A stretch of DNA of 64,000 bases from Chthoniobacteraceae bacterium (GCA_031409335.1 JANNWY010000141.1:1-64000); one strand, 5' to 3'; positions 19,601-28,551 are shown, numbered from the stretch's first letter. Numbers and translations: made by a program. The notes: generated by a model not told the origin, from the sequence alone.

Positions 19601-20326
19601 CAGCTCTGGGATACCGGGAATGGCCGCGCGATCGGCGAACCGATCGCCGTCGATATCAAGCGGCTCCATGCCTGTGCGACCTTCGATGCGACCGGCAAGC
19701 GCCTCGCCGTCTGGTGGGCGAAACCGGAGCTTCCCGGTCATGTGCGCATGATCGACCCCGCCACCGGCCACGATTTGCAACCGCCATACGAACACCCAGC
19801 CGTCGTCACCTCCGTCGCGTTTTCTCCGTCTGGCGACAGGCTGGTCACCGCCACCGGCGCCCAGCAGTTGTGGCTGTGGCGCATCGCGGACGGACGCCCC
19901 GCGCTCACACCCATCCTTCACGCCAGCGCGATCAGCGCGGTCGGCTTTTCCCCGGATGAACTCCTTTTCTGGAGCCGCTCGGCCCGGCAGTTCTACGCGT
20001 GGGAGACGGCAACGGGCGATGCGGCGGCACCAGCCCTGCATCATCTCGGTCCACCTCCACCCGAGCCCGGACGTCGACCCAGCGGTGCGCGGGTCACCTC
20101 CGATGACGAGGAAATCCGCATCGCTTGGAGCGCGGATTCAAGGGTCGCGACCTGCGACAGTCGCGGTGGTTTGAACCTGTGGGATTTCAGCGCAGGAACT
20201 CGCCCGCTTGAAGCGATGGACGCACTTGCCCGCGTCCTCTCCTCGCATCGCATCGATCCCAGCGGTGGCCTCATCCCACTGACCCGCGACGAATTGCGCG
20301 CGGCGTGGACGGCGGTGCATCGTTAG
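16637..20326 (+). CDS. Membrane Ser/Thr (Hanks-type) protein kinase with C-terminal WD40 repeats
   Basis: GEGGFG, VALK, HRDLKPSN, DFG, YMSPEQ, SDIYSLG; TM helix; WD40-type repeats (ARIWD, VAFSPSGDRL). GAGGGG upstream of ATG 16637. Confidence 0.93.
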   Translation: MPAPDLPSPIAAEEIFRVATALPAAERAAYLDAACEGKAGVRSRVGRMLEVRGIGALLKQPPDEPVPPEIEAELARLKPEEGGERIGNYKLLEQIGEGGFGIVWMAEQIEPVRRRVALKIIKLGMDTKEVIARFEQERQALAMMDHPNIAKVFDAGATQYGRPFFVMELVRGIRITEYCDQNNLPTAERLALFIQVCRAVQHAHQKGIIHRDLKPSNILVMLHDGVPVPKVIDFGVAKATQQQRLTDLTIYTQFQQMIGTPLYMSPEQAEMSGLDIDTRSDIYSLGVLLYELLTGRTPFDPEELMRKGHDEIRRAIREQEPQRPSTALKSMAAEAQTAVAQHRQADVAKLISQIRGDLDWIVMKALEKARNRRYETANGLALDIERHLASEPVRARPPSGFYRFRKLVRRNQAVFAAGAAVAVALLAGVAGIAFQWQRAEAAGRVTRERLAHEHVRAGLRMAEDGDALRGLPHYVEALRLGLGDAARERVTRLRFEVTMRQAPQLAQLWLREQDVEAQFAEDAGRVVIIDGMEARIWDAASGAAVSAPMRHSGELRRGWTDSQASRVVTEKLSDQITIWDPATTRVLAEMSGRAHLRAVLGGPRLRLAVWLAKGRTVHCVSALDGVVDATFEHPDVVEWAVAAPDGTRVLSATSDSLYLWDVAARDLIVPPVVFGGRPEYWTFDPTGRLAGLRVKNEDGLAVFDVTTGTFAARGAARSMGATSHGWLDGKRWVVLARNFSGSALRDPVTDRLLFDAPNGTGTTASSFATRRNVFALAGENGTAQLWDADTAQAIPPRLWASGRAHAIQLGADATKLLVVTSEPAVRLWKMPAHGGAVWTAVETAAAVATWWNAKNGQLCTVGTDGRLTCRDATTGHQAAEPLPLDEPPMAVVPDRAGRLFFAADARGARLWDAETRHAAGPRIPCAEVIRSVTLDAAGRLAAILAGEKVLLCDPATGAVRHTLAQPAVLRCLLSPDGSRLATLTLTIVQLWDTGNGRAIGEPIAVDIKRLHACATFDATGKRLAVWWAKPELPGHVRMIDPATGHDLQPPYEHPAVVTSVAFSPSGDRLVTATGAQQLWLWRIADGRPALTPILHASAISAVGFSPDELLFWSRSARQFYAWETATGDAAAPALHHLGPPPPEPGRRPSGARVTSDDEEIRIAWSADSRVATCDSRGGLNLWDFSAGTRPLEAMDALARVLSSHRIDPSGGLIPLTRDELRAAWTAVHR

Positions 20327-20380
20327 CAGCGCCGCTCAAGCGGGATTGTGAAAACGACCGTCAATATAGTCGCACTTCAT

Positions 20381-20409
20381 TAGGGATGTAGGGATGTAGG
20401 GATGTTGGG
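20381..20409 (+). repeat. TAGGGATG x3 microsatellite forming a G-quadruplex consensus motif
   Basis: GGGATGTAGGGATGTAGGGATGTTGGG at 20383-20409. Confidence 0.7.
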
Positions 20410-20454
20410 TGCTTCGCACTTTGTAGGGTCGGCAGATGGAAGCGCGCCGCTCCT

Positions 20455-22605
20455 TTACCCGCGCCGGCACCGGAAGCTGCGCAATGCCGCCAGGCTGCCG
20501 AGGATCAAGAGCGTGGCGGCACCGGGTTCGGGCACCGCTTGAGGTGCGTCGCCGGATGCGAGCGCGATGCCTTCGTCGAAGCCGGGTGCCGGGCTCGCGG
20601 GAGGTCCGAAATCGACGATGGCTCCATCGCCGATGTTCAACACTGCGAGCGTCTGGCTCACTCCAAAGTAAGTCGTGCCCGCGGCGGCGTTGACGACATT
20701 GCTCCCAAATCCGACCGGGCTGTTCACATTGAGCCTGCCGCCGAGGATGTTGGTTGCGCCGGTGTAGTTGAGCGCGCCGCCCAGCGTCTGCGCTCCAGTG
20801 CCGATCTTGATCAGCGAAATCGCATTGGAAGCTCCATCATCTTGAATTGTACCGCCAAACACTCCCGTGCCATTGTTACTACCGAGAGTAAGTGTGGAAG
20901 GAGATGTCGCGGTATTAGTTATCTGGTTATTCGTACTCGCGCTGGAAGTCAGCGCCCCGAAGGTCTCGCTGAAGCCATTCAGGTCCAGACTGGCAATGTC
21001 AATGCCGTTGATTGTGACGCTGGCGGTGTCCGGGATCTGCTCGTTCGCCCCCAGCTTGACATATACCTGGCGGCTCACCGCAAGAGAGCTGATCGTCACA
21101 TTGCCAGTCCAGTTATTGGGATTCAATGCGCTGCCGTTCGCCAGCATAATATTTGAGTTCGCATTCGCGAAGGTACAAATCTCCAGCGAACCACTTCCGG
21201 TGATTTGGCCTGAGATCTGCGAGAGGTTCCCACCGCTCGAGGTTGAGATGCGTGTGCCTCCCCGGAGCGTGACCGTGCCTCTGATGTTCGCCGTATTGTT
21301 TAGTCTGATCGCACCGGGGCCGGTGATCGCGCCGTCGAATTCTGTGGGTCCCACGCCCGAAATGAAAAAGTCATTGAAACACGTAGCAGCGTTAACGAGA
21401 AAAGCTTCCGCGCCAGGAAAGACCGTTACCGGACCGGAGCCAAATGACGCGGCATTCGCCGCTCGGAATCGCCCTACATTTATGAAGGTCCCTCCTGAAT
21501 AGGTATTTGCCACATTACCGAAAGCCACGTAACCGAGAACATTTACGCGGACAGGGAAGGTGCTGTCGCCATTATCTGCTATCGTTGAATTGATGGTAAG
21601 GTTGTTAGGACTGGTGGACGTGATATTGCTATCGATGAACGTAATCTCGCCCGACGTGTTGTCAGCCCCGCCGGCTGTAAGCATTCCACCCTCCGCGACA
21701 GAGGCTCCGATGATCAGGTGCCTTGCGGTGCCGCTCGCTTGTGCGGCATTATAGATCCCGCCTTGTGCTCCCAAACGGAGAACGTTGCCCGCGCCGACTT
21801 CGACCGTTTGATTGGCCGTAGTGCCGCTGTAGAGCAGGGTATTGATCTCGGTGGTACCAGTGCTCACCAAAGTTACATTTCCGCCGCTGGATGAGATTTT
21901 GACGTTCTGCGTTGCGCCGCTCGCGATGGCAGTCCCCGGATCAGCCGTGGTATAACCATTGTATGCGATTACGTCCTTGCTCGCGTCGAGAGCCGCCCAG
22001 TCCGGGCCTGTAATGGCCCAACCCCCGAGCAATCCGCCACCAGCGGTGGCATCATTTGCCAGACCAGACAGGCTGAAGTTGATGCTGCCTCCGTCTTTTG
22101 CAAAGACGGCCGTCGCGCCGGGATTTCGCTGAAACGCGCCGTTCAGATTCAGAACGCCGGAACCTGCGCCGGTCGCAATGGTGTGATTCCCTGCTGAGAG
22201 CGTCAGAGGAAGTGCGATCGTTTCCGCATTGCTGGAGCTGTTCGTGATATTACCGCCGGATACGGTCCCGGCACCCGCGCTAATTCCGGGTGAGATTGTC
22301 AAACCAGCGCCGGAAAGCGTGAATGCGCCTGCTGCCGCGTTGAATGTGATGCCATTGAACAAAGCACCGGCAGCGTAATTGTTCACCGGGCCAAGCCGAA
22401 TGCTTCCGTCGAAGATTAGTGCGTCATTGCTTGCCGGCGCGATATCGGCATCCCAATTCGCTCCGGCCAACCAATTGTTATCGGTGCCGCCACCGTCCCA
22501 CGTCTGATTGGCGGCATGCACCTCATTGCCGGAGATCAACGCAGCCATGGCTCCCGTCAAAACCCACCGACGACGGCGGAAAGCGAGCAGAGTGAAGGTA
22601 TTCAT
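20455..22605 (-). CDS. Autotransporter-associated beta-strand repeat protein with PEP-CTERM
   Basis: Signal peptide, TWDGGG...NW, repeats (ANTYSGGT, LIKIGTGAQTLGGALNYTGAT), C-terminal VPEPG + TM + basic tail. Confidence 0.88.
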   Translation of the reverse strand: MNTFTLLAFRRRRWVLTGAMAALISGNEVHAANQTWDGGGTDNNWLAGANWDADIAPASNDALIFDGSIRLGPVNNYAAGALFNGITFNAAAGAFTLSGAGLTISPGISAGAGTVSGGNITNSSSNAETIALPLTLSAGNHTIATGAGSGVLNLNGAFQRNPGATAVFAKDGGSINFSLSGLANDATAGGGLLGGWAITGPDWAALDASKDVIAYNGYTTADPGTAIASGATQNVKISSSGGNVTLVSTGTTEINTLLYSGTTANQTVEVGAGNVLRLGAQGGIYNAAQASGTARHLIIGASVAEGGMLTAGGADNTSGEITFIDSNITSTSPNNLTINSTIADNGDSTFPVRVNVLGYVAFGNVANTYSGGTFINVGRFRAANAASFGSGPVTVFPGAEAFLVNAATCFNDFFISGVGPTEFDGAITGPGAIRLNNTANIRGTVTLRGGTRISTSSGGNLSQISGQITGSGSLEICTFANANSNIMLANGSALNPNNWTGNVTISSLAVSRQVYVKLGANEQIPDTASVTINGIDIASLDLNGFSETFGALTSSASTNNQITNTATSPSTLTLGSNNGTGVFGGTIQDDGASNAISLIKIGTGAQTLGGALNYTGATNILGGRLNVNSPVGFGSNVVNAAAGTTYFGVSQTLAVLNIGDGAIVDFGPPASPAPGFDEGIALASGDAPQAVPEPGAATLLILGSLAALRSFRCRRG

Positions 22606-22943
22606 GTCGGGAAGAACTGGCTGCGCGGATCGCCGGGATCCTGAATGCGGAGATAGCTCACACCGCCGTCGCTCAGCGATTCGATTCCACCGGGCTGATT
22701 CGCCTCGCTCAAAAGGCCGCCCAATCCGCTGCCATCCCACGAATCCGAGCTGCCGCCACGCACCCATGTGCCATCGAGCGAATCGGCCACACCTGCCCCG
22801 CTGCCGAATGCCGTCCCGTTGCCTTCGTAAGAATAGAGCCAGCCGCCTGCCGGGTCATCGTAGAGCACGCTCGTCGCCCAGCCCGTCGCGGCCCAGAGGC
22901 AGGCAGCGCAAGCGACTACGGCACGATATGCAAAGGTTGTCAT
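22602..22943 (-). CDS. Short secreted protein or truncated N-terminal fragment (113 aa)
   Basis: Signal-like MTTFAYRAVVACAACLWAATGWA; GGWLYSYEG...LDGTW...YLRIQDPGDPR; stop overlaps the next ATG (ATGA). Confidence 0.55.
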   Translation of the reverse strand: MTTFAYRAVVACAACLWAATGWATSVLYDDPAGGWLYSYEGNGTAFGSGAGVADSLDGTWVRGGSSDSWDGSGLGGLLSEANQPGGIESLSDGGVSYLRIQDPGDPRSQFFPT

Positions 22944-23054
22944 ACGCCGGGCGGATACAATGAGGCAACTCGGCGAGCCGCGCCTTGGCAAGCTCGAAGT
23001 ACGTGCGGGCAAGCGAGGCAGGAGCGTAAAGTTTTACGAAAAGTTGCGCATCCT

Positions 23055-23088
23055 TGTAATGCCGCGGGTGAGTTTTTCGTAGGAACAG
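23055..23088 (+). promoter_or_regulatory. Putative ECF promoter copy 2
   Basis: TGTAATGCCGCGGGTGAGTTTTTCGTAGGAACAG, 43 nt upstream of ORF 23132. Confidence 0.65.
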
Positions 23089-23131
23089 TCGGAACCATTT
23101 TCGCCGCCCTTCGACTTCATCACAATCCGCC

Positions 23132-23761
23132 ATGCCCATGACTCGCCTTACTTTTGGCATTTCTAGCTGTTGCGCGATCATCATCGTCGCCGCTTTTCTT
23201 TTTCTTTCATCGGACACCCAAAGCAACGAACGGATTCGCAAGTGGGATCGCGAAGTAACTTCGCCGCGAGAACAGCATCAGCACAACGTTCGTCCTGTCA
23301 CGGCTCTTCCGGCCGCGGCGCTGCAGTCCGCGGAGGAAGCGCCAGGAACCCTGCCACCCGTCATGAATGCTGCACAACTGACACAACAAGTGGCTGAGCT
23401 TTCGGATGCAGTGGCGCGCCTTGAGCAGACTGCACGAAATCTCGAGAACCGTATCTCGCGCTCAATCCGTCCGCTTCCAACCGGCGACGAAACCGAAGCC
23501 GGCCTTGCCCGAAGGAAAGCGGAACTCGACGCGCAGGCTAAAAGCTCCCAGGGGGCCACCGCGGAACTCCTGCGCTTTGCCGCGCGATTCGGCGTGGCTT
23601 TGGATGAGCGCGTCCTCACCGACCGAACCTTCTCCACGCCACTAGACAAGCAGCCTGGGTTTGAAGAGCTTCGCCTCGCTGCAACGACCAAGCTTCGTGT
23701 CTTGCAGGCTGTGGAGAGGAAATACGCAGCGGATCTGCTGGACCGCGCTTCCATCCGATGA
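23132..23761 (+). CDS. Membrane-anchored coiled-coil hypothetical protein
   Basis: N-terminal hydrophobic helix; heptad region QLTQQVAELSDAVARLEQTARNLE. Confidence 0.65.
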   Translation: MPMTRLTFGISSCCAIIIVAAFLFLSSDTQSNERIRKWDREVTSPREQHQHNVRPVTALPAAALQSAEEAPGTLPPVMNAAQLTQQVAELSDAVARLEQTARNLENRISRSIRPLPTGDETEAGLARRKAELDAQAKSSQGATAELLRFAARFGVALDERVLTDRTFSTPLDKQPGFEELRLAATTKLRVLQAVERKYAADLLDRASIR

Positions 23762-23894
23762 ACCCGGAAATGACCAACCTTGCGCTGTAGCGTGAAACCG
23801 CCACGCCGGTCATCCCAAATACAAGGCGCTCCTACCCTTTCTGCCTCCACAACGGAGGCCGAAAAACAAAACAAAAACAAAAGCAACAAGTCAT

Positions 23895-24716
23895 ATGATC
23901 ACATCACTGAAAAAATGCTTCGGGCTCCTGAGCCTGACGAGAACTAGAAACATGCTCCTCGTTTCCTCAATCTGGATCGTCGGAGCCCTGCATCCCGCCT
24001 TGGGCCAGAACATCTACACCACCGGATTCGAGGCACCGGACCTGGTGGCGGATCTCCCGCTTTCAGGACAGGACGGATGGACCCCGGCTGCCTTTCTTCC
24101 GCCCTTCCTCAGTAGCGACGCAGCGATTATCACTGCCGAGAAAAAAGGCGGTCAGATTGTGCGCGTCGAGGGCACAAATCTGGTCCATTCGGATTTCATC
24201 AATGGTGTCACCGACGGTTACTACGATGCCATCGGTTCCTACCGGCACGGCGTGGATTACGACACCGGAGGCACCCAGACCGTGCGGGTTTCGGCGGACG
24301 TGCGCCTCGACGGTCGGAGGACGCCCCACAGTAACTTTTTCTCGGCCAGCATCGCAGCCATCGCCTACAACACTGACGGTGATTCCGAAGGCGTTGGGGA
24401 ACTCGCCATCTCATCCGATGGACACGTCTATGGATCCTCCGGCCAGGATCTGGTGCCTGAGTTTCTGACCAGCACGCACGTCGCGCTGGGGGTATCGCAC
24501 CATCTGGCCATCGAGGTGGACTTTGCGGCGCGCACCTATTCCTTCTACGTGGACGGAGACTTGGTGGGCACGTTCGCTTTCGCGCCTTTCAACCCATCCG
24601 GCGTTCTCCGGCGCGGTTCGATAATCGCCTACGCCGCTCCGGACACGAAAAAAGATAAAAAGGCGGATCACGCGGCGAACTACGACAACTTCGCCATCGA
24701 GGTCGTGTCGGAATAG
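23895..24716 (+). CDS. Secreted hypothetical protein (beta-sandwich/ConA-like)
   Basis: Signal-like N-terminus; YTTGFE...LSGQDGW, YSFYVDG, ANYDNF; A-rich leader. Confidence 0.75.
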   Translation: MITSLKKCFGLLSLTRTRNMLLVSSIWIVGALHPALGQNIYTTGFEAPDLVADLPLSGQDGWTPAAFLPPFLSSDAAIITAEKKGGQIVRVEGTNLVHSDFINGVTDGYYDAIGSYRHGVDYDTGGTQTVRVSADVRLDGRRTPHSNFFSASIAAIAYNTDGDSEGVGELAISSDGHVYGSSGQDLVPEFLTSTHVALGVSHHLAIEVDFAARTYSFYVDGDLVGTFAFAPFNPSGVLRRGSIIAYAAPDTKKDKKADHAANYDNFAIEVVSE

Positions 24717-24733
24717 CAGGTCAGTGATTCGAC

Positions 24734-24788
24734 GCGGCAGCTTCGCGGCTCTGCGGATCCCATCCGCTACAGGGCCGCGAAGTGCCGC
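24734..24788 (+). other. Long GC-rich intergenic stem-loop
   Basis: GCGGCAGCTTCGCGGCTCTG pairs with CAGGGCCGCGAAGTGCCGC; inner CGGAT/ATCCG stem; no U-tract. Confidence 0.7.
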
Positions 24789-24890
24789 TCATCGCCGCTT
24801 TCCTGAAGGTTCGCCAACGTCGGGACGATTTCTGAAAGAAACCAAGCGGCAAACAACAAACAGACAGACAGCAAACCAAAAAAAAGCACC

Positions 24891-25868
24891 ATGAAAACAG
24901 ACATATACAATAGGCACATCACCTCAGTTCAGCAGTACGCGGCCGGGGCATGGCCGCAGTGGGCCAGCGTTAAGCACTCCGGATTCAAGAGCACAATGAT
25001 GACGAAACAGAAACTACTGGCGGCCTTGACGCTGGGCCTGCTCCTCAGCCTTCCGGGACTGGCGCAGGCACAGTATCTCTTCACCCCGATCGACGTGCCC
25101 GGCGCGCTTTCGACGGGGGCCAATGCGAATAGCACAAAAGACATCGCGGGACAGTTCGACGATGCGGACGGGAATACCCATGGCTTCATCTTGAGCAAAG
25201 GCAGCTTCAGCACGATCGACATACCCGGCGCACTTTTCACCGTCATCAACGGGATCAACGCGCCTGGCCGGTTCACCGGAACCTACGCCGATGCCAGTGG
25301 AACGCCTCACGCCTTTGTCTGGAGCAAAGGCGTCTTCACCACGCTCTACCCGCCCGGGTCGATCCGGTCGCAAGGCGGGTTCATCAATGCGCAAGGCCAG
25401 GCCGTTGGAGCCTACCGGGATGCCAGCCAAAAACGTCATGGCTTCATCTGGAAGGATGGCGTCTTCACCACGTTCAACGTGCCTGGCGACCACACGCCGC
25501 TCGGGACGGTGCCCCTCGGGACGAACGATGTCGGAGAGGTCGTGGGAAGTTACGTGGATGCGATTGGCGTCCGTCACGGCTTCCTGCGGAGCAGCGACGG
25601 CGTCTTCACGACACTCGACGCGCCCGGCGCGGACGGCCTCACCGTGGCCGAGGGTATCAACAATGCCGGCACGATCGTCGGAGTATTCTTTGATTCATCC
25701 GGCACCAGCCATGGCTTCGTCCTGAGCAAGGGCGTTTACACGACGATTGATGTGTCCGACTCAGTCGGAACACAGATCAATTCGATCAACGCAAAAGGTG
25801 AAATCGTGGGAAACTATGAGGATAGCGATGGGAACAACCACGGCTTCCTCGGAACGCCTGACCGCTAA
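24891..25868 (+). CDS. Secreted HAF-type repeat (beta-propeller-like) protein
   Basis: Repeats GINxxGxIVG...HGF/HAF. Signal peptide begins at MMTKQKLL, so the true start may be 24996. Confidence 0.82.
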   Translation: MKTDIYNRHITSVQQYAAGAWPQWASVKHSGFKSTMMTKQKLLAALTLGLLLSLPGLAQAQYLFTPIDVPGALSTGANANSTKDIAGQFDDADGNTHGFILSKGSFSTIDIPGALFTVINGINAPGRFTGTYADASGTPHAFVWSKGVFTTLYPPGSIRSQGGFINAQGQAVGAYRDASQKRHGFIWKDGVFTTFNVPGDHTPLGTVPLGTNDVGEVVGSYVDAIGVRHGFLRSSDGVFTTLDAPGADGLTVAEGINNAGTIVGVFFDSSGTSHGFVLSKGVYTTIDVSDSVGTQINSINAKGEIVGNYEDSDGNNHGFLGTPDR

Positions 25869-26189
25869 CTCCAGTCGGGTGTGCAAAGAATCTGACCGCT
25901 GAGAGTGCTTAGCTCACAGCGAGTAGTGGGAAAACCGGCTTCGGGATGGAGTAAGATGGGCCAATTGCCAGCATGGCCCGGAGCCGGTGTTTCCGTGGGA
26001 GGGCTCAAGAGCCTCGGCCATGAAGGATCTTGCGCGGTGTGACAACGTGGCGACGGGCAGATGGATGTGATCGGGACCGGTGGCGGCTCGCGGACGTATT
26101 TCACGGAGCCTTCGTTTTGAACCAAAAACCGGCGCTGGGAGAAAACCGCGGTTTGCATTCCCGAATCTATTGTGGAGCGCGCTCTTTTC

Positions 26190-26460
26190 TCATAGAAACA
26201 AGCGAACCCTTCCACTCATCGCCGCCAGCCTGCTCGCCTGCATAGCGAGCGCTCGCGCAAGGCGGCCCGAAATGGGGAATCAGGACGTTTACCAGCCTCA
26301 GCGACGTCAACTCCGGCAGCGGGTAGAACAATTCGAGCACGGTGATTCGCGAGGGCGAGAACGCGCCCTTCGCGTTCGGCGACGTGAACGATCTGCGCGG
26401 AATCGCGGAAGCCTCCGCGACGCTGCAAATCAACATCAATGAAGCGCCGATTCTTCGGTG
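26190..26460 (+). pseudogene. Possible decayed secreted-protein gene
   Basis: Signal-like KRTLPLIAASLLACIASARA without a start codon, then a frame change, an in-frame TAG and a protein-like stretch VIREGENAPFAFGDVNDLRG. Confidence 0.3.
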
Positions 26461-26607
26461 CCGCTCGGAACCGGGCTACCTTGACCTTCTATTTTCGATT
26501 CTATTCGTCCAAGTCGTACGACGCGTTGATCGGCGTGCCTCGACCGACGGGCACGAGAGTCAGCGGGATGGGCTGCCGGATTCGGAACAGAAATCCGGCG
26601 CGATTCT

Positions 26608-27621
26608 TTACGGCCACGTCGTGCCGGAATCGTCGAACGTGAACAGGATTTTTCCGGCGCGCTCACCGCGTTGCGCGTGCTCCAGCGCCTCCGCGCAGGC
26701 GTCGAGCGGATAGACTCGTTCCACGTTCGAGCGCAGCCGTCCGCACTGCGCCAGCGCGAAGAGTTCGCCGAACATCGCGGCGCGTTCATCCGCCGTCGCA
26801 CGCTGGCTCCAAGGCGTGATCCAAAATCCGCGCCAGCGCAGGTCTTTGAAAATGAGCAGGCCGTTCGGGATGCGCAGCGGTTGCCGGCTCATCGCGCCGT
26901 ACGTCACGATCGTGCCGCCCGGTGTCACCGCGTTGGCCAGCCGCAGCGCGCTCTCGCCACCCACCGCATTGAACGCGAGCGGGATCGGCGCGCCGCCTGC
27001 CGCGAGGGTGATCCGCGGCGGAGCTTCCTCGTCATCGAGGAAGACGAAATCAGCGCCATCAGATTTCAATTCGTCGATCAATGCCGCCCGCCGCACGACG
27101 CTGATCGTGCGCAATCCGAGCGCATGTGCGATCTGGATCACCGCGCGACCCACCGCCGAATTCCCCGCGTTCTGCAAAACGAAATCGCCTTCATTCAACT
27201 GCACGAAATCCCGCAGCATCCGCATCGCCGTCGGCGGATTGATCCGCAGCATCGCCGCCTGGATCGGTTCGATGCCGCGCGGGACCAGCACGAGGCTGTC
27301 GGCATTTGCGATACCCATTTCCCGCCAGGTCCCCATCGCCCGTGGCAGCAGCACCAAGTCCCCGCGGGAAAAGCGCTCCACTCCTTCACCCACTTCCTCC
27401 ACGATCCCCGCGCCCTCCGAGCCCGGCGTCGCGGGCAGCACTGGCCGGACGGGGTATTTTCCCTCAATATAATTGAGGTCCGCTGGATTGATCGGCGCCG
27501 CGATCGTCCGGCACAAAACTTCGCCTGCCTGCGGGGGCGGAACTTCCACTTCCTCGACGCGCGCGACTTGCGCAGGTGCTCCGTGGGTATGAAAAACAAT
27601 GGCCCTGACTTTGGTGATCAC
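26608..27621 (-). CDS. MDR-family NADPH oxidoreductase (trans-2-enoyl-CoA/2-enoyl thioester reductase-like)
   Basis: APINPADL, PGSEGAG, INPPTA, QNAGNSAVG, VTYGAMS, GFW, GKILF; GTG start inferred. Confidence 0.88.
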   Translation of the reverse strand: MITKVRAIVFHTHGAPAQVARVEEVEVPPPQAGEVLCRTIAAPINPADLNYIEGKYPVRPVLPATPGSEGAGIVEEVGEGVERFSRGDLVLLPRAMGTWREMGIANADSLVLVPRGIEPIQAAMLRINPPTAMRMLRDFVQLNEGDFVLQNAGNSAVGRAVIQIAHALGLRTISVVRRAALIDELKSDGADFVFLDDEEAPPRITLAAGGAPIPLAFNAVGGESALRLANAVTPGGTIVTYGAMSRQPLRIPNGLLIFKDLRWRGFWITPWSQRATADERAAMFGELFALAQCGRLRSNVERVYPLDACAEALEHAQRGERAGKILFTFDDSGTTWP

Positions 27622-27642
27622 AGCGACATACGTTGGAGTGAA

Positions 27643-28551
27643 GTGGGCGCGACGACAACTTCCAACACGACACGAAAGCTCGAAACCGGTGCGCGCCTCG
27701 CCCTCACCGGCATCGTCGTGAACTTCCTCCTCGCGGCCATCAAGATTGCCTCCGGCGTTCTCGGAAACTGCTACGCCCTGATCGCCGATGGCATCGAATC
27801 CACTCTCGACATCTTTGGCTCCATCATCATCTGGGCTGGCTTGAAAGTCGCCGCGCGACCACCCGACGACAGCCATCCGTACGGCCACGGCAAGGCGGAA
27901 GCGCTCGCCTCGGTCTTTGTCGCGCTCACCGTCATCGGTGCCGCCATCGGTCTCAGCGTCCAGAGCATTCGCGAAATCCTGACGCCGCACCACGCGCCCG
28001 CGCCCTTCACGCTCGTCGTCCTGATCGTGGTCGTTTTTGTAAAGGAAACGCTGTTTCGAAAAGTGATCCGCGCCAGCGACCAGATCGGCAGCTCCGCGGT
28101 GAAAACGGACGCGTGGCATCACCGGTCCGACGCGATCACTTCCGTCGCCGCATTCATCGGCATCTCGATCGCGCTCATCGGCGGGCCGGGTTGGGAGCCC
28201 GCCGACGATTGGGCCGCGCTTTTTGCCTGCGGCCTCATCGGCTTCAATGGCTACCGGCTGCTGCTTCCGGGCCTGCACGAAACGCTCGATGCCGCGCCGC
28301 CCGTGCGGATTTTGGAAAATGTCCGCGCCGTCGCAGTCACCGTTCCCGGCGTGATCGAGATCGAGCAATGCCGCGTCCGCAAGATGGGACTCGATCTTTA
28401 TGTCGATATCCATGTCGGCGTGGACGCTGAGATCAGCGTCCGCGAAGGCCACCGCATCGCGCACGCAGTGAAGGATGCGATCCGCGGAGCGATCCCGGAA
28501 GTCGCCGATGTGCTCGTCCACATCGAGCCCGCGGCGGTTCGTGAAAGCTAG
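27643..28551 (+). CDS. Cation diffusion facilitator transporter (FieF-like)
   Basis: ALIADGIES, HPYGHGKAE, DAWHHRSD, GHRIAH, VLVHIEP; GTG after GGAG. Confidence 0.92.
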   Translation: MGATTTSNTTRKLETGARLALTGIVVNFLLAAIKIASGVLGNCYALIADGIESTLDIFGSIIIWAGLKVAARPPDDSHPYGHGKAEALASVFVALTVIGAAIGLSVQSIREILTPHHAPAPFTLVVLIVVVFVKETLFRKVIRASDQIGSSAVKTDAWHHRSDAITSVAAFIGISIALIGGPGWEPADDWAALFACGLIGFNGYRLLLPGLHETLDAAPPVRILENVRAVAVTVPGVIEIEQCRVRKMGLDLYVDIHVGVDAEISVREGHRIAHAVKDAIRGAIPEVADVLVHIEPAAVRES

